A DNA stretch of 63,555 nt, the filler included, from Salisapilia sapeloensis CBS 127946 (taxonomy: Eukaryota > Protista > Oomycota), in the NCBI GenBank assembly GCA_023334545.1. It is 7 parts of 7 records of this genome, joined end to end, with 100 filler letters (N's around TTAATTAATTAA, not from the genome) between each part and the next. Parts side by side here need not be neighbours in the genome. Positions count along the whole stretch, not along the records: positions 1 to 20,917 come from JAADVB010000291.1; 6 more parts are not named here. One strand, written 5' to 3'. The notes beneath the pieces were generated by a model. That model did not search any database, was not told the DNA's origin, and worked only from the letters and a program-made list of their open reading frames with translations. This document shows, piece by piece, positions 1 to 11,977 of this stretch. Position 1 is the stretch's first letter, and every line of letters begins with the position of its first letter. The position numbers were made by a program, and so were the translations under genes.

Positions 1-240
1 CAACAACTTTCTGGCAACTTTAATTTGCGAGGTTTCCATCCAATTTCGAGCGCATGTTTCTCTACAACTATCCTACGCTGTCCGACACCAGCTTAAGAGC
101 AACAAATTAAATGTAGAATAAGTCTAAACCGTGCTTCAGATAAAATATATCGAGCTGCTGCACTACATTTTTCCTTTTCAAATTCTCAGACTATATGCTG
201 TGTATTACGCACAGACTAAATACGAAGTAGCTCAAACATC

Positions 241-318
241 CATTAGTCTCACCTAGACTAATTGTAGTTAATTCACGAAGGTATGGCACACAGATCTTAG
301 TCTGGGTGAGACTAAATG
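241..318. repeat. Inverted repeat built from two 19-bp palindromes (TTAGTCT-N5-AGACTAA)
   Basis: 243-261 TTAGTCT-CACCT-AGACTAA and 297-315 TTAGTCT-GGGTG-AGACTAA; arms 241-261 and 297-318 are near-perfect reverse complements. Confidence 0.75.
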
Positions 319-481
319 CAGTAGCCGAGAGCTACTCGCCAAGTCACCTCGTGGTGGTACGAACCCATCTGTCTTGCACACCTCTATCTAGCAACCTCCG
401 CCGTGGGGTACTGCAACGAGACATTTTTATCCCGATATATTACCGCATTAAATCTGCACCAGCCGACACAACTTCATACAA

Positions 482-1673
482 ATGAGTGAAGCAGGTCGTA
501 AGGTTAGCGCCGCGGAGATCGCGAACCCGTTCGGTTCAGCCATCCGAAGCTACATCTCGGAGCAGCTGGGTGGCCAAGGGCCTATGCTCGTAGGTATCCT
601 CGCTCACGGAGATCCGGCTGCGAAAAAATATGCCGAGTGGACTGGCAAAGCCTGCAAGCGTGATGGTGGGTCTATGTTTCTTCTCTTTTAATGACATTCC
701 GACGTTAAATGGTCTGCCTATGTGGCTAATGTCTGTGGGTGATGTAGGCATCCGATACGAGCTGCGTGAAGTGGCAAAGGAAGATGTTGTGGAGGCATTG
801 GAGAAAGCGAATAACGATCCGAATGTGCATGGCATCATCATCTACTACCCGTGCTTTGGCTCATTCCCATCCTTCTTTGGAGGCACCATGGACGACTTTC
901 TCCGTGACTCTATCTCTATCAAGAAGGATGTCGAGGTACTAAAAGTATAGAAACTGTAGGAAGTATACAGACTAAGTAGATGCGACGTAGGGATTATGCC
1001 AATTCTACCGAGGCAATTTGTACCGGAACATTCGGTACGTTGACGACGCGCAGACGCAAAAGTGCGTCCTACCCTGCACTCCTCTCGCCATCGTGAAGAT
1101 CCTCGAACACCTCGGCATCTACGACAAGTCGTACGTTCATCCTTCCTGCTACTATAATACAATTTTAACAAGCAATCTAGGAAGCCTAATGGAGAGCACT
1201 TGTCTGGTGTGGACGTCACGGTCATCAACCGTAGTGACATCGTCGGCCGCCCACTCGCCGCGATGCTCGCCAATGACGGTGCCGACGTCTACAGCGTCGA
1301 CATTGATTCGCTCTACCTCTTCCGTCGTGGAAAGCTCATTGAAGTACTACTCTCCTCTCCTTTTATCTATATATAAATACTAATATAAATGGTCTAGACG
1401 GATGCCAAGCCGGAGGATGCGTGCCGCAAGTCTCGTGTGATCGTCACGGGCGTTCCGTCCAAGGACTACAAGCTCCCGCTGACGTGGGTGTCGGAGAATA
1501 CGGTCGTCATCAACGTCGCGTCGTTCAAGAATGTTGATGAAGAGCAGCTTCTGCAGATCCCTGGCGTCCAGTACGTTCCATTGGTGGGTAAAGTCACCGT
1601 CTCGATGCTCCAGCGCAACTTGATGCGTTTGTATGAGAATTTCCATCTGCAGCCGAAAAAGTACTGGCAGTAG
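482..1673 (+). CDS. MTD1: NAD-dependent methylenetetrahydrofolate dehydrogenase (yeast Mtd1-type), 5 exons
   Basis: Exons 482-665, 748-935, 991-1130, 1181-1343 and 1398-1673 join in frame via GT-AG introns; motifs YAEWT, GIIIYYP, KDVEGLC, LPCTPLAIVKILEHL, VINRSDIVGRPLAAMLANDGA, KVTVSMLQRN. Confidence 0.92.
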
Positions 1674-1753
1674 ACTAGCGCGTAAAGGCATTTTCTTGTG
1701 TAAACGGTCATCGGAATACAAGGGAATCGACACTGCTGTTATCATGCGTCTAT

Positions 1754-2692
1754 TTAGAATGGAACCTGTCGACTAGATTTCTGTCGCAAGCCAGACACAC
1801 TCGGATTCGTGTGATATGACGATGACGTATCGACTCTGGTGTCCAGCACACTGCGGTTGGCGAACTGCACGACTCGGTACAGAAAGTCGTTGAAATGGTA
1901 CATGTCGACTTTTAGCGGCTCGGCGCTCTACTAGACACATGAGTCCATGTTATAGTGTAGATACATCGATATCCTACCGTCTCCATCCGTTCTGTATGCC
2001 TCAATCCGCTAGGAAGGTTGTCACTGTTGCGTCGCTGGGTTACCAAATCTTTCTTGTTGCCAATCACGAGCTTCGGAAGGGCATTTAGCTACATGCCGTC
2101 TTTGTTATACTACTCCTACAGACTGATAGAGTAAAGTGGATACGGATGGGATGGTGCCCGGAGCACCGTAGGATGGGAGGACACATCCCTTCTGTCGCTG
2201 TGTCTCTACGAGCTCGCTACAGACTGATGTGAGAAGCAGGAGGTGGTGGATAGAAATGCTGTCGTACTCATGCCAGAGCTTTAGATTATCACGGGATCGA
2301 CCGTTGGATAGGTCGTAGACAAAGATGACGCCTTGGATGTCGTTGTAGAACACTTGTCGGCTGATGTCGTACTTGGGATGACCGCCAACGTCGATGAACT
2401 CGACGTACATTTCTTCCGATGGACCATTTACATGCTCCTGACGATCACAGTGCTAGTATAGTGACAATCCAAAGGTATTCAGCTATTTTTCTATGAATGC
2501 ACATCTTCTAGATATGCAATACTGTACCAGGACGTGGACATCGCATCCGATTGTCCATCGATGCTGCTCTTCATGGTCTTTATCCACCTTATTCCGTGGT
2601 TTTTCAACGCTTTTACATAGCTTTCGTAGCAGCATCGTCTTGCCTACACCTGAGTCGCCGACTACGAGGACTCGTAGACTTGGTACATCCAT
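1754..2692 (-). CDS. RABL3: Rab-like protein 3 small GTPase, 5 exons
   Basis: LVVGDSGVGKT P-loop, WTIGCDVHV, VEFIDVGGHPKYDISRQVFYNDIQGVIFVYDLSN, VIGNKKD; four GT-AG introns, last exon 1754-1927 ends in TAA. Confidence 0.85.
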
Positions 2693-2867
2693 CTAGAGGG
2701 CCAATCCTTCCAGCTAATAAGCTACAAGTTCCCAAATCGATATAAAAATCGAAAGTTGATACTTTCATGTCATTAATCTCACATAAATATTACCAGTTAA
2801 TATAAATCACTGTGATTGAAATATCCCTCGTTTTACGGATAACACAATTCCGATACGAATATTCGAC

Positions 2868-4076
2868 ATGGCAGACGACGGTGCGAATTGGGCGTATGAG
2901 GAAGCCTCGGACTCGGAGAAGCTTCAGATTGCTCAGCGTTATCTTCAATCTTCCCCTCCAGGTCAGATCCATGAGGTCTTGAGAGACGTGGCCAAGCTCT
3001 GTCCGTCCAATGTCCTCACGGATGATGCTGTCCATGATGCATTAAGATCCTACAACCTCGAGCAGTTCCTACCGGTTACTGCACCTGACGCAGACTACAA
3101 AGTACGTCTGCGTATAGATTGTTAGTATTTACATTCATATACTAAAGCGCCTTGGTCCCGCTTGCATACAGGTGCTGATTTGCAAAGATGGAGAAGTGGA
3201 TGCGACGCATTACGCCGATCCCATCGGCAAGCGTCTCCTCACCTTCGACCACATCTCTCAGGTAGCTACTCCCGATCATTTCATTCTTGTAACTCCAATG
3301 CTAACTCATTCTTTGGTATAGAAATTCGATCCTGCGGACGTGAACGAAAATCCTAGTAGCTTTGATACACAACATGAGGACGCCAGGTATCTTATACAAG
3401 TAGTTTTGAAGACTCACAGGCTAAGGTAGACACTAGAATGACTGTCCAAAAGGCGCTGCAATCCTACCTCGAATTTGAATACATGCACGAGTACGCTACC
3501 TCTAGTATAGAACCCAAAGCCATTGTCTCATGACGTATGAACAGAGGAACGGCAGGTGTCTACATTCGCGACTCAACTCTTGTTATCAACGTTTGCACTG
3601 AACGAGTCAACCTACGAAACTTTTGGTACGTATGGTGCCACCTATACTGCTACACGCCTAACTCGTTGCTGTAGGAGTGGTCGATGGAAGTCGACATGGG
3701 AGCTGGACTTGAATGCTCCAAGCGTTCTAAACGGAACGATCAACCTCCACGTACATTACTTTGAAAACGGCAATTTACAATTGAAGGACGTAAAGCAAGT
3801 ATCAGAAGATGTTTCGTTCAATTCGACGGAAGAGATGGGAGACGCTGTCGTGCGTGCCATGAAAACAGCGGAAGACAATCTTCAGACGCATCTGGAGGAC
3901 ATGTACATCAACATGTCTCAAGAAACATTCAAGGAGATGCGTCGTGTCATGCCAAGTACCTTGTAGATCTATTCTAAACTTATCATCATCCACTCATTTG
4001 TTTCCTAGTCACGAGGATGAAGATGGAGTGGAGCTTAAACGCCCATCGTACAGCTAAAGACTTGGGCCGAAAGTAG
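2868..4076 (+). CDS. CAPZA: F-actin-capping protein alpha subunit, 7 exons
   Basis: QSSPPGQIHEVLRDV, NLRNFWSGRWKSTW, NLHVHYFENGNLQL, FKEMRRVMPITRMKMEW after removing six short GT-AG introns; TAG at 4074-4076. Confidence 0.93.
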
Positions 4077-4253
4077 ACTATATCCACATCGGACCAGTAT
4101 CTCGTACAACTTTCGTAGCTCTAGCACAAGACAAACAGAACAAGTTTTACAATTGTCATCCGTCCATTTTCTGCCTCGTTCCCATTGATTACAGAAAACA
4201 GCAAGTATCCTCTTGATTAAACGATTGTTGTTTTATGTATAAATCTCATGTGC

Positions 4254-7076
4254 TTACTTTGACGTACTGATCACGAGGTTCGTGACACGATCCCACATGG
4301 ACATGCCATCCTGTTCCTCAGACTTTTCAGACGAACTGGTAAACATCCTCTTGCTTTCGTCCGTCTCGACACCCTTCTGACGTTCCGACTGTCGAGTCTT
4401 ATAATTAAATCGCTTGTGTTTATACTCGACAAAGTCATCTTCGTGATGCGACCGCTGGCGCATCGAATCTGCGTACGATTGATGGGCATTCGAGTTGTAT
4501 GAAGCGCACTTGCGACGCTCTGCCTCGGTCAAGACATCCACTTGGTGTCTCCAAACAGCTACTTGTTGTAAGACACTTTCCAGTTCCTCCGAGTGCTCCT
4601 CTGCCAGACGCTGGAGGTAGTCGTCATGCTTCTTCTGCACTTCAGCAACGGCATTATCCACCTCCCACTTGGTCCGTCGCTTCGATCGCTCAGCTGCAAT
4701 GTCAATGGACCGATTGGACAGCTTCAACAGTCTCTCCTCCTCTTTTTTAACGTGTTCGCTACTTTCCTTTCGAATCTCCTCCACCTCTTGCTTCTGTCGC
4801 CGACGTTCCTGCACCACTTTCTTCTTATACTTGCCTACTTTTCCCTGTGCGACGCTCAATTCCTTTTCTTTCGTAGCTAAAGCAGCTTTCAACGCATCAA
4901 TCTCATCGTCTTTGCTTTCCACCTCTTGTTCAAGACTTTCAATCTCTTCCTTCCCATTGCCAATTGCCATTCGACTTGCATATACGTCCTTTTCCAGAGC
5001 AGATATGTGATTACGTAGAGACACGTTGCGTGTGAGAGCAAGCTGCAAGTGGCGTGTCAAGTCTTTACTAGCGTTGGAGATGTGATACATGTCTTCCTTG
5101 TCTGCTTCAGAGGTAGGAGAGTCGACGTCACATTCCATCGTCTCCAAGAACGGACTATAGTCATCAAAGTAGCGGAAGACGACTGTCGTTGGTCTCGATG
5201 CCTTCTTCCACTTGGCGATGACATCGGCATAAGACTGACCAAACGTCGAATCATCATTAATCCCGACAAGGACCATGCCTTTCGTCAGTGTCTCGTTCTT
5301 CTGGTTGCAACCTGTCGGATCACGAGATAGCATGACGCCATGGACTTGTTGGATGGAACAAGGCTGCAGGTACAGCACGACAGGACCTGTTTCCATATTC
5401 AAAACTCCTACGCACTCTTGTCCTTGATTATCTCCGTCATCCTGCTCGAATAACGTGATGAAGCCTTTAATCACATAGTCCTCATACGCTCTTGACACAT
5501 CATCCCATGACGTCGTCTGCGGTTTTTCATCCTGCGATCCATCCTTGCCAAAGAAATCCCCCAGCATATTCCCAAAGAAACTGCCAGACTCGATCCTATT
5601 CTTAGGTCGGACAATGCTGTCCGAGCTAAAGTCCGAGTCTGCAGTAGACCCAGTCAACGACCGCAGACGTCTCGTAGGATCGAGCTCGCTGCTTTTCCCT
5701 TGGTCCAACGGACTTTCAGATAGATCAAGTGATGGCTGAGATGTCAATTCCAGACGAAGTACTGAACCAGACGTTAGGAGTCGACCCACAACCTGTTCAA
5801 ACGGTTCGTCACGAACGTCTACACCATTCATCCGGCCTACTTTGGCACCGATTCGAACGATTGTGAGCTCTTGGAACTTGTCTTTCGATACGTCAGAGAC
5901 TGTTGCTCCAAAGTGCATCTCGTTTTGTTCGTATGTAGGACGTAGCTTTAATCCGAGACTAGCAGACAAGTCTACCTGGACAGAAGAACCTGTTTGTGAC
6001 GGGCGTAGAGGAGACGTGAGGTGCATTTCGATCTGAACCTGTTCCTTGGGCACGGCGAAGCGTGGCAAGCCTTCAAAGTACCGTGGGAAGGCATGATTGG
6101 CACCTGCAAGAAGAAAAGAAGAAAGAAGGAAGAGAGGTTGTCTGTCTTTTGGATTGGTCGCATCCAAGTGGCAAGAAGTATCGAATGACTTTAAAGAATC
6201 ACTGCAATAGCTTTCACTCGCGAAACTACTTTCTTCCTCACTGTCAACAACTTGCTTCATGGGAAGGTAGTACCCCGTCGTGTTCTTGACCACTTGTTGT
6301 AGCCATTCATATAGTGACTGGAGACGAGCGTCACAGTCTTTTGCGTAAAAGAGATTCAAGTACGATTGAGCTAGTGTTGGGATGATACTCTTATGATCAC
6401 TCTTGTACGACGCATACTTTTGAAATTGTCGATATCGACGATAGATCTTCCATCTACATGTTCTTTAGTATTATATCAGAAAGAATAGAAGAGATAAGTA
6501 CGTCTTTTGTTCACTGTTGCGACTGCGAAGGCGACATTCAAAGACGTATCTGAAGCAATAGAACGAGTGAGTACATGAGAAGATAGTTGCATGCTAGTGG
6601 GACGTACATATCGATGGCTTCAGGAGACCGATAGTAGCCTAACGGTCGAATCTCGAGCTTCGACTGCACCAACTGCTCTGTCAATTGTGGCCATGTTTCA
6701 AGTAATGCGAACGCACAATTCTTTTCATGCAAGTGGGGCCGAGGTAGTCCCAATGCAATCGAGAGGTGTTCGACGACGTCTGAGTCGGTCATCAAATAAT
6801 CAAGTACGTTGTCTTGCAGCTTGGACGCCAAGTGATGACTAAGAAGTACTCAGCGACTGCGTCACTCACGCGATGTGCCGTCCCTGAAAACGAACTGTAC
6901 AATAAACTATCGAACAATTCTACTCTCTTTATAAAAATTCGAGACGTACGGATTAGAAGGAAACGACTGCCACCTGTAGTAGTCACCTGCACTTCTCTAC
7001 CTCTGCCTGGACGTAATCTCCTGGAGTACAAGCAAGACGAGGTAGAAGATGAATCAATCTTCCCCTGCTCGTCCAT
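4254..7076 (-). CDS. PX-domain protein with two PDZ-like domains and C-terminal coiled coil; 5' exons uncertain
   Basis: Splicing intron 6454-6501 gives TWKIYRRYRQF...ARLQSLYEWLQQVV (PX); PDZ-like segments VGRMNGVDVRDEPFEQVV and VLVGINDDSTFGQSYADVI; heptad-rich E/K region. Confidence 0.65.
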
Positions 7077-7777
7077 TGTGCGCCATCTTCTGTTGAAGTT
7101 GAAGTTTCTATTGATATGCTCGTTGCAGCATGAGTTGTGTGAAAATTGCGACAGGGAGGTGTCCTTTTCCGGGTAAATCAAGCCTCAATCGGAATATCCT
7201 TCGACATAGTCTACTTTGTCAATTAGACGGAGCCAAAGTTTGAAGATCGCGCATAAATTATCCATCGACTGTGTCCATGAATACTTCCACCGGCCTGCAG
7301 AGTTACTGGACTTTTAAATGATCAACATCCTATAATCCATATCAGCTACCTTCATAAGTAGCTGATATAGAAATGCCAGAGGAAAAGGTATCAGAATGGA
7401 GCGAAACAAAACATCAGTACCCAAGACATGAACTTGTAAGACGATTTTCGACAACTTTGGCTTTTCCTAGTAAGGTTTTCTTCTTTCTACTGCTCGTAGT
7501 ACTGCTTTGCAAAGTCCTTTTCGTATCGTATTTCCCGTCAATATATATGTATGGGAACCGAGAGTACTATAGTTTAAAGATCCGACAGACCGGGTGTTGC
7601 GATGCAATGAAGCGCCAAAGGAAAGGTAGAGTAGAACGTACAGTAAGATTCGTATTTGCGTCTTGTTCAAATTCTTTCTTCAAGAAGGAAACGAAAAGAG
7701 AAAAAAGGGTCCACCCTCGCGTCTTGCTTCTCCATGCCCACTGCTCACGAACTTCAAAACAACATCCATGACGACGG

Positions 7778-9087
7778 CTAGAGGTTCCGGTCGACCCTCG
7801 TGGACAGCACAACTCCTTTTTCGCTTAATCGAGCCGACGTCTCGGCCGGGAAAAAGTCTCCATCCGCCGACTTTATCCTAAACTTGACTGCAGACGATAT
7901 CAGCACCTCATCTATCAAATACAAAAAAGCTAGAGCACGTACATCGACACGTCTCTCCCAACGTATTGAACTTTTGGAATACATTGCGCACATCATTCTT
8001 CTCGTCCTATTCAAAACGTCAGTACACATCTCGTAGAGATAAACAGGAGATGAGCGTACGGGATGGACGAGATCGAGGAACGAGGTCTGACCGGCCATGA
8101 GCTGGTGACTCTGGTATCCGAGCACTCGCGTGTGCGAGGAGGATGTGAACAGGAACGGGACGGACGGATCGGGAGAGACGAGTGCCATGAGGTCGAGGCA
8201 CTGTTCGCACAAGTGCTGGTAGATCTGCAGCTGCTCATTCTCCGTCTTGAGTCCTTCCACATACTCCTTCTTTCGCGCGCGGCTTTTCCGCGAATGATTT
8301 CGATTGCGCAGTCGACTCTGCTCTTCCTTGAGCATCGCCGCTTTCTCTTCTTCATTCATATTTTCTACATCAAACGTCAGACTTTGTAGGATACTAGTGC
8401 ATCAGCAAGTATACCAAAGTTGCTCATCCGCTCCGGATTGTTTTTAAACATGGCGGAAAGGAGTTCTGGAGATAACGTCTGGGAACCGAGATCCGCCATG
8501 AGGTTCGTCTGCATCTTATCCATGCCACCCATGGATCCTCGGCCGGTCGACTGCTGCACATTCTCCTGGACGGGAGGTGGCGCGTGCATGGGTGTTCCGT
8601 GAAACCCAGAGCTTGGATCGTACATGCGGTTCATGTCGTTGAATGCAAGCTCACTGGATCGATCGTATACGTTGCTTGATGGAAGGCCTTGGCCCATGAA
8701 CATGCCAGAGGAGGCTCCACTACCGAGTCCAGCAGGGAGCGTCATAGACGTGGCATCCGTGTCATTCCCACCGAGTTCTCGACTGCGATAGTAATTGTCA
8801 AAGTAGTTGGCGTTTTGCTGCGCCTTGTTCGGGTCCGGCAGATTGGACGCGGGCATGGCGCCGAGCTCGTCTCCAGGCATCTCGAGCTTGATCCCCATGA
8901 GTGCCGCATAGTCCTCGACGTTCATGGCGCCTTGCTGCGGGGGAGGATTTGGCGCGAAGAAGCCGTTAAAGTTGGGCTGCTGCTGTCCGCCCTGATGCAG
9001 GCCTAGCTGCGCAGCGATCTGTGGGTCGAGCATCGCGTCTTCTCCCATGCCCATGTTCACGTCGTCGTCGTTGGCATTGAACTCCAT
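7778..9087 (-). CDS. bZIP-PAS transcription factor, 4 exons
   Basis: Low-complexity exon 1 joins via intron 8365-8414 to RLRNRNHSRKSRARKKEYVEGLKTEN (canonical bZIP); then a PAS fold FLFTSSSHTRVLGYQ...SFLDLVHPDEK...KFRIKSADG after two more GT-AG introns. Confidence 0.85.
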
Positions 9088-9409
9088 ACTAGCTCTCCGG
9101 TCAGGAAGAGGGAACTAGGCTATACAATCTCGCTAGCTGATCTGGGACGGCCTAATCCCTTTGTAATGATATCAAGAAATAACTTGTTAGCCAGGAAGCA
9201 CGAGTCCTGCTCCAGACACGGTTCGTATAAAAATGAGTTTTTCTCTCCTTGCTATGCAAGCCGAAAGCCTCTTGTTTTTTGGTCCACAACAGAAAATATT
9301 CTGGGCATTAGACAACGAGCCCATTGTTGGGTGCCAGACGGTTACGAAGCTACAAAGGATGGATTTTCAAGGTACAACGGTAGAAAAGCAAGCCATTCGA
9401 TTCCGACCC

Positions 9410-10240
9410 TTAGACGGGGAAGTTGCTCACGTGGTCTGAACCGGAAAAATACTTCTCGTCCAAGCCATCGATAGCTGTAACTTGCTCTCTTGTTAACACG
9501 ATCTTAACTCCATGCAGGTTTTCTGCAAGTCGCGCTGGGTTAGTTGACTTGGGCAATGTCACAATGCCCTTTGCGATACACCAAGAAATGAGCACTTGAG
9601 CTGGCGTCGCCCCCACTTCTGTCGCCACTTGACTGACAACTGGATCGCCCAGTTTCTGCGATCGTGCCAGCGGAGAAAACGCTTGGACGAGAATACCATT
9701 GTCTTGGCAATAAGCTACTAGGTCCTTTCGTTGCAGCCACGGGTGGAACTCGATCTGGTTCACGGCTGGTTTCACCTTCCATGTTTCCGACAGCTTTTTC
9801 AAGTGTCCGATGCCAAAGTTCGACACGCCAATATCCTTTAATATGCCCTCTGCTTGTAACTCTTCCAATGCTTGCCATGTGCCGGCTCGACGTTCACTAT
9901 CAAATGGCGTATGGAGTAGATATAAATCGATGTATTCACATCCGATCGTATCGTTACTTTCCCGTGTTCCCTTCAATGCGTTCTCGTATCCCCAATTTTC
10001 GACGCGAATCTTGCTCGTGATGAATATGTCGCTTCGCGGGATACCTGAGTCACGTACCGCACGTCCTGCATCCGCTTCATTCGCATACAACTTGGCGAGG
10101 TCGAGATGGCGATACCCAACTTTAAGTGCTTCCACTACCATGTTGTATGTATCATCTCCAGGGGGCACCTTGTACGTGCCAGCACCGATGACAGGCATCT
10201 TCGCTCCACTCGGGAGCTTGACATGTGGAACTTGTTCCAT
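9410..10240 (-). CDS. Aldo-keto reductase (2,5-diketo-D-gluconate reductase-like), intronless
   Basis: GYRHLDLAKLY (Asp/Tyr), FITSK, LYLLH, IGVSNF, NQIEFHPW, AFSPLA, LPKS motifs; 276 aa. Confidence 0.93.
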   Translation of the reverse strand: MEQVPHVKLPSGAKMPVIGAGTYKVPPGDDTYNMVVEALKVGYRHLDLAKLYANEADAGRAVRDSGIPRSDIFITSKIRVENWGYENALKGTRESNDTIGCEYIDLYLLHTPFDSERRAGTWQALEELQAEGILKDIGVSNFGIGHLKKLSETWKVKPAVNQIEFHPWLQRKDLVAYCQDNGILVQAFSPLARSQKLGDPVVSQVATEVGATPAQVLISWCIAKGIVTLPKSTNPARLAENLHGVKIVLTREQVTAIDGLDEKYFSGSDHVSNFPV

Positions 10241-11376
10241 GACCTCCCCACAAATTTAGAAAAGAAACGTTTTACACTGAAAAAAACACAAAAACATACA
10301 ATTTCAAATAGGAATGAAATTTATCGTGGCTACTTGTGTTTTTGTACGGATGATTTTATCATTTACTCAAGCTACCAGCAAATAAGAATCCTTCGTGTCA
10401 GCATAAAGGCAGTATGATCGATGAAAAACCAGTGCATGAAAAAGAAAATGCAGACTACGTAGCTGGGATGAGCGGAAGTTGGAAGCTTCGTACTGACGTT
10501 GTCGAGTTGACAGGTACGATAGGAGCACCAGAACATTCTCAACGCTTTTTTCGTATCGATATGGCGTATACTGTACCTTATATCGGTGGATGAATTGAGT
10601 TATTTCCTATGCTTGAGAGAACCGAGTGACAGCAAAAGATACGAGTCGTACGCTTCGAAAGTTGCTGAAACGGAGAGCTGAAAAATAAAGAGCTATAGAG
10701 GATGCTTTCATAGGATCATGTTTTTGATTGGAATGTAGCCGAGGTGTCTTTAAAATATATTTAGTCGGCTTCGACACCAAGAGTATTCATCCATGTCGAT
10801 TCAAGCTGGGAAGGGTTTGCGAAATGAGATCCTTTTGCAGCATATACAATGCAGTGCTCTGTATCTAGAGGCACTTGTACTAGCAGCAGGTGTCAGCACA
10901 GAGACAAGTTTTCGGAGAAGCGGCAATAGCACTCTGATTATCCTAAGAGATATCAGGATTTGCTACTTTCATTTCGATCTTGAATCTTTGGACTAGTTAA
11001 CGATGTCGGCTGGAAAGGATATTTGCCAGGCAACAGTATATCATAGTGGTAAGTACAGAGCCGTTTAAGTCGGTTGAATTTGCCAACATGTCAGCAGTGT
11101 ATTTGCGAAAAAATATCAATTACGTTGCTATTTACAAATAAATGTGCATGGAACAATATGGAGTAACTCCGTCTTATGATTTCATTATTCGCAAGGAAGA
11201 CACAAGCTAAGTATCGTTTGGAAAAGTAGCTCTGCATGACTAGGCTGTTTGTCATTTTAGCTGTTCTCTCCTATCCGAATGGTAGCGTACAAGCGATTAA
11301 AATGAGAAACAATTTAAAAGTTTAATTAGAAGAAACCAATTGACATTGATCATAGATCAACGTATTTCTTATTCAT

Positions 11377-11589
11377 TTAGAGGGATTCATCTTTGCGTAA
11401 TGAATGGTGTTGCCTAATGTGTTGTTGGATTTTGTAGACATTGCAAATAGAACCTACATCTTGTTGATATAATTTATAAAGCAGCACTCTCAAATAACAA
11501 TAGTAACCACGAACGCCTCTTTGTGCACATGTAAAATAGAGTCTTTCTAGTTTTTTTGTCGCATCAGCACAAAAATGAAGCCCACCCAT
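11377..11589 (-). mobile_element. Possible degenerate MULE/FAR1-type WRKY-GCM1 zinc-finger remnant
   Basis: YFTCAQRG...C...H...HH spacing (C-x9-C-x25-H-x3/4-H) in an AT-rich gene-free tract; resemblance only. Confidence 0.25.
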
Positions 11590-11977
11590 ACCTGAATTAG
11601 GCCCAGAGTTGTTGGCCAGCTTAAGATTGCTAAGCTTTGATCCATTTATTTAATGATCATTTTTCAAGGTTCAGATTCACCTATCGATGAGCTTGGTTTT
11701 TCATGGTAATTGGTAGATGGCTACCTTGAACTACGATTAAAAAGAAAGCACAAGCGCGAGGAAGCAGGTAAGTTGCTGTTTTAGGATAGATACGCAGGAT
11801 AGCAATCATCATGTTTGTTACATCGGACAAGATATGGAGATGTGAAAGATCGTATATCATGAAGGGAAAGTACGATACGCAGCAAATTTTTATCATAGCA
11901 AAATGATTTGTAATAGCAACTCAGTCCCTGATAGCTCACTTTGGATAGGTAAAATGGCCGCTTCGAGGCATTATTTA

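Noticed and set aside
7373-7771. ORFs between the PX gene and bZIP-PAS, one with a signal-peptide-like start
   Set aside because: The hydrophobic minus-strand ORF has no in-frame ATG; the plus-strand ORF is low complexity with no motif.
9233-9439. WALDNEP segment resembling a DDE transposase motif
   Set aside because: Too short, overlaps the AKR stop and the bZIP-PAS promoter; no further transposase features.
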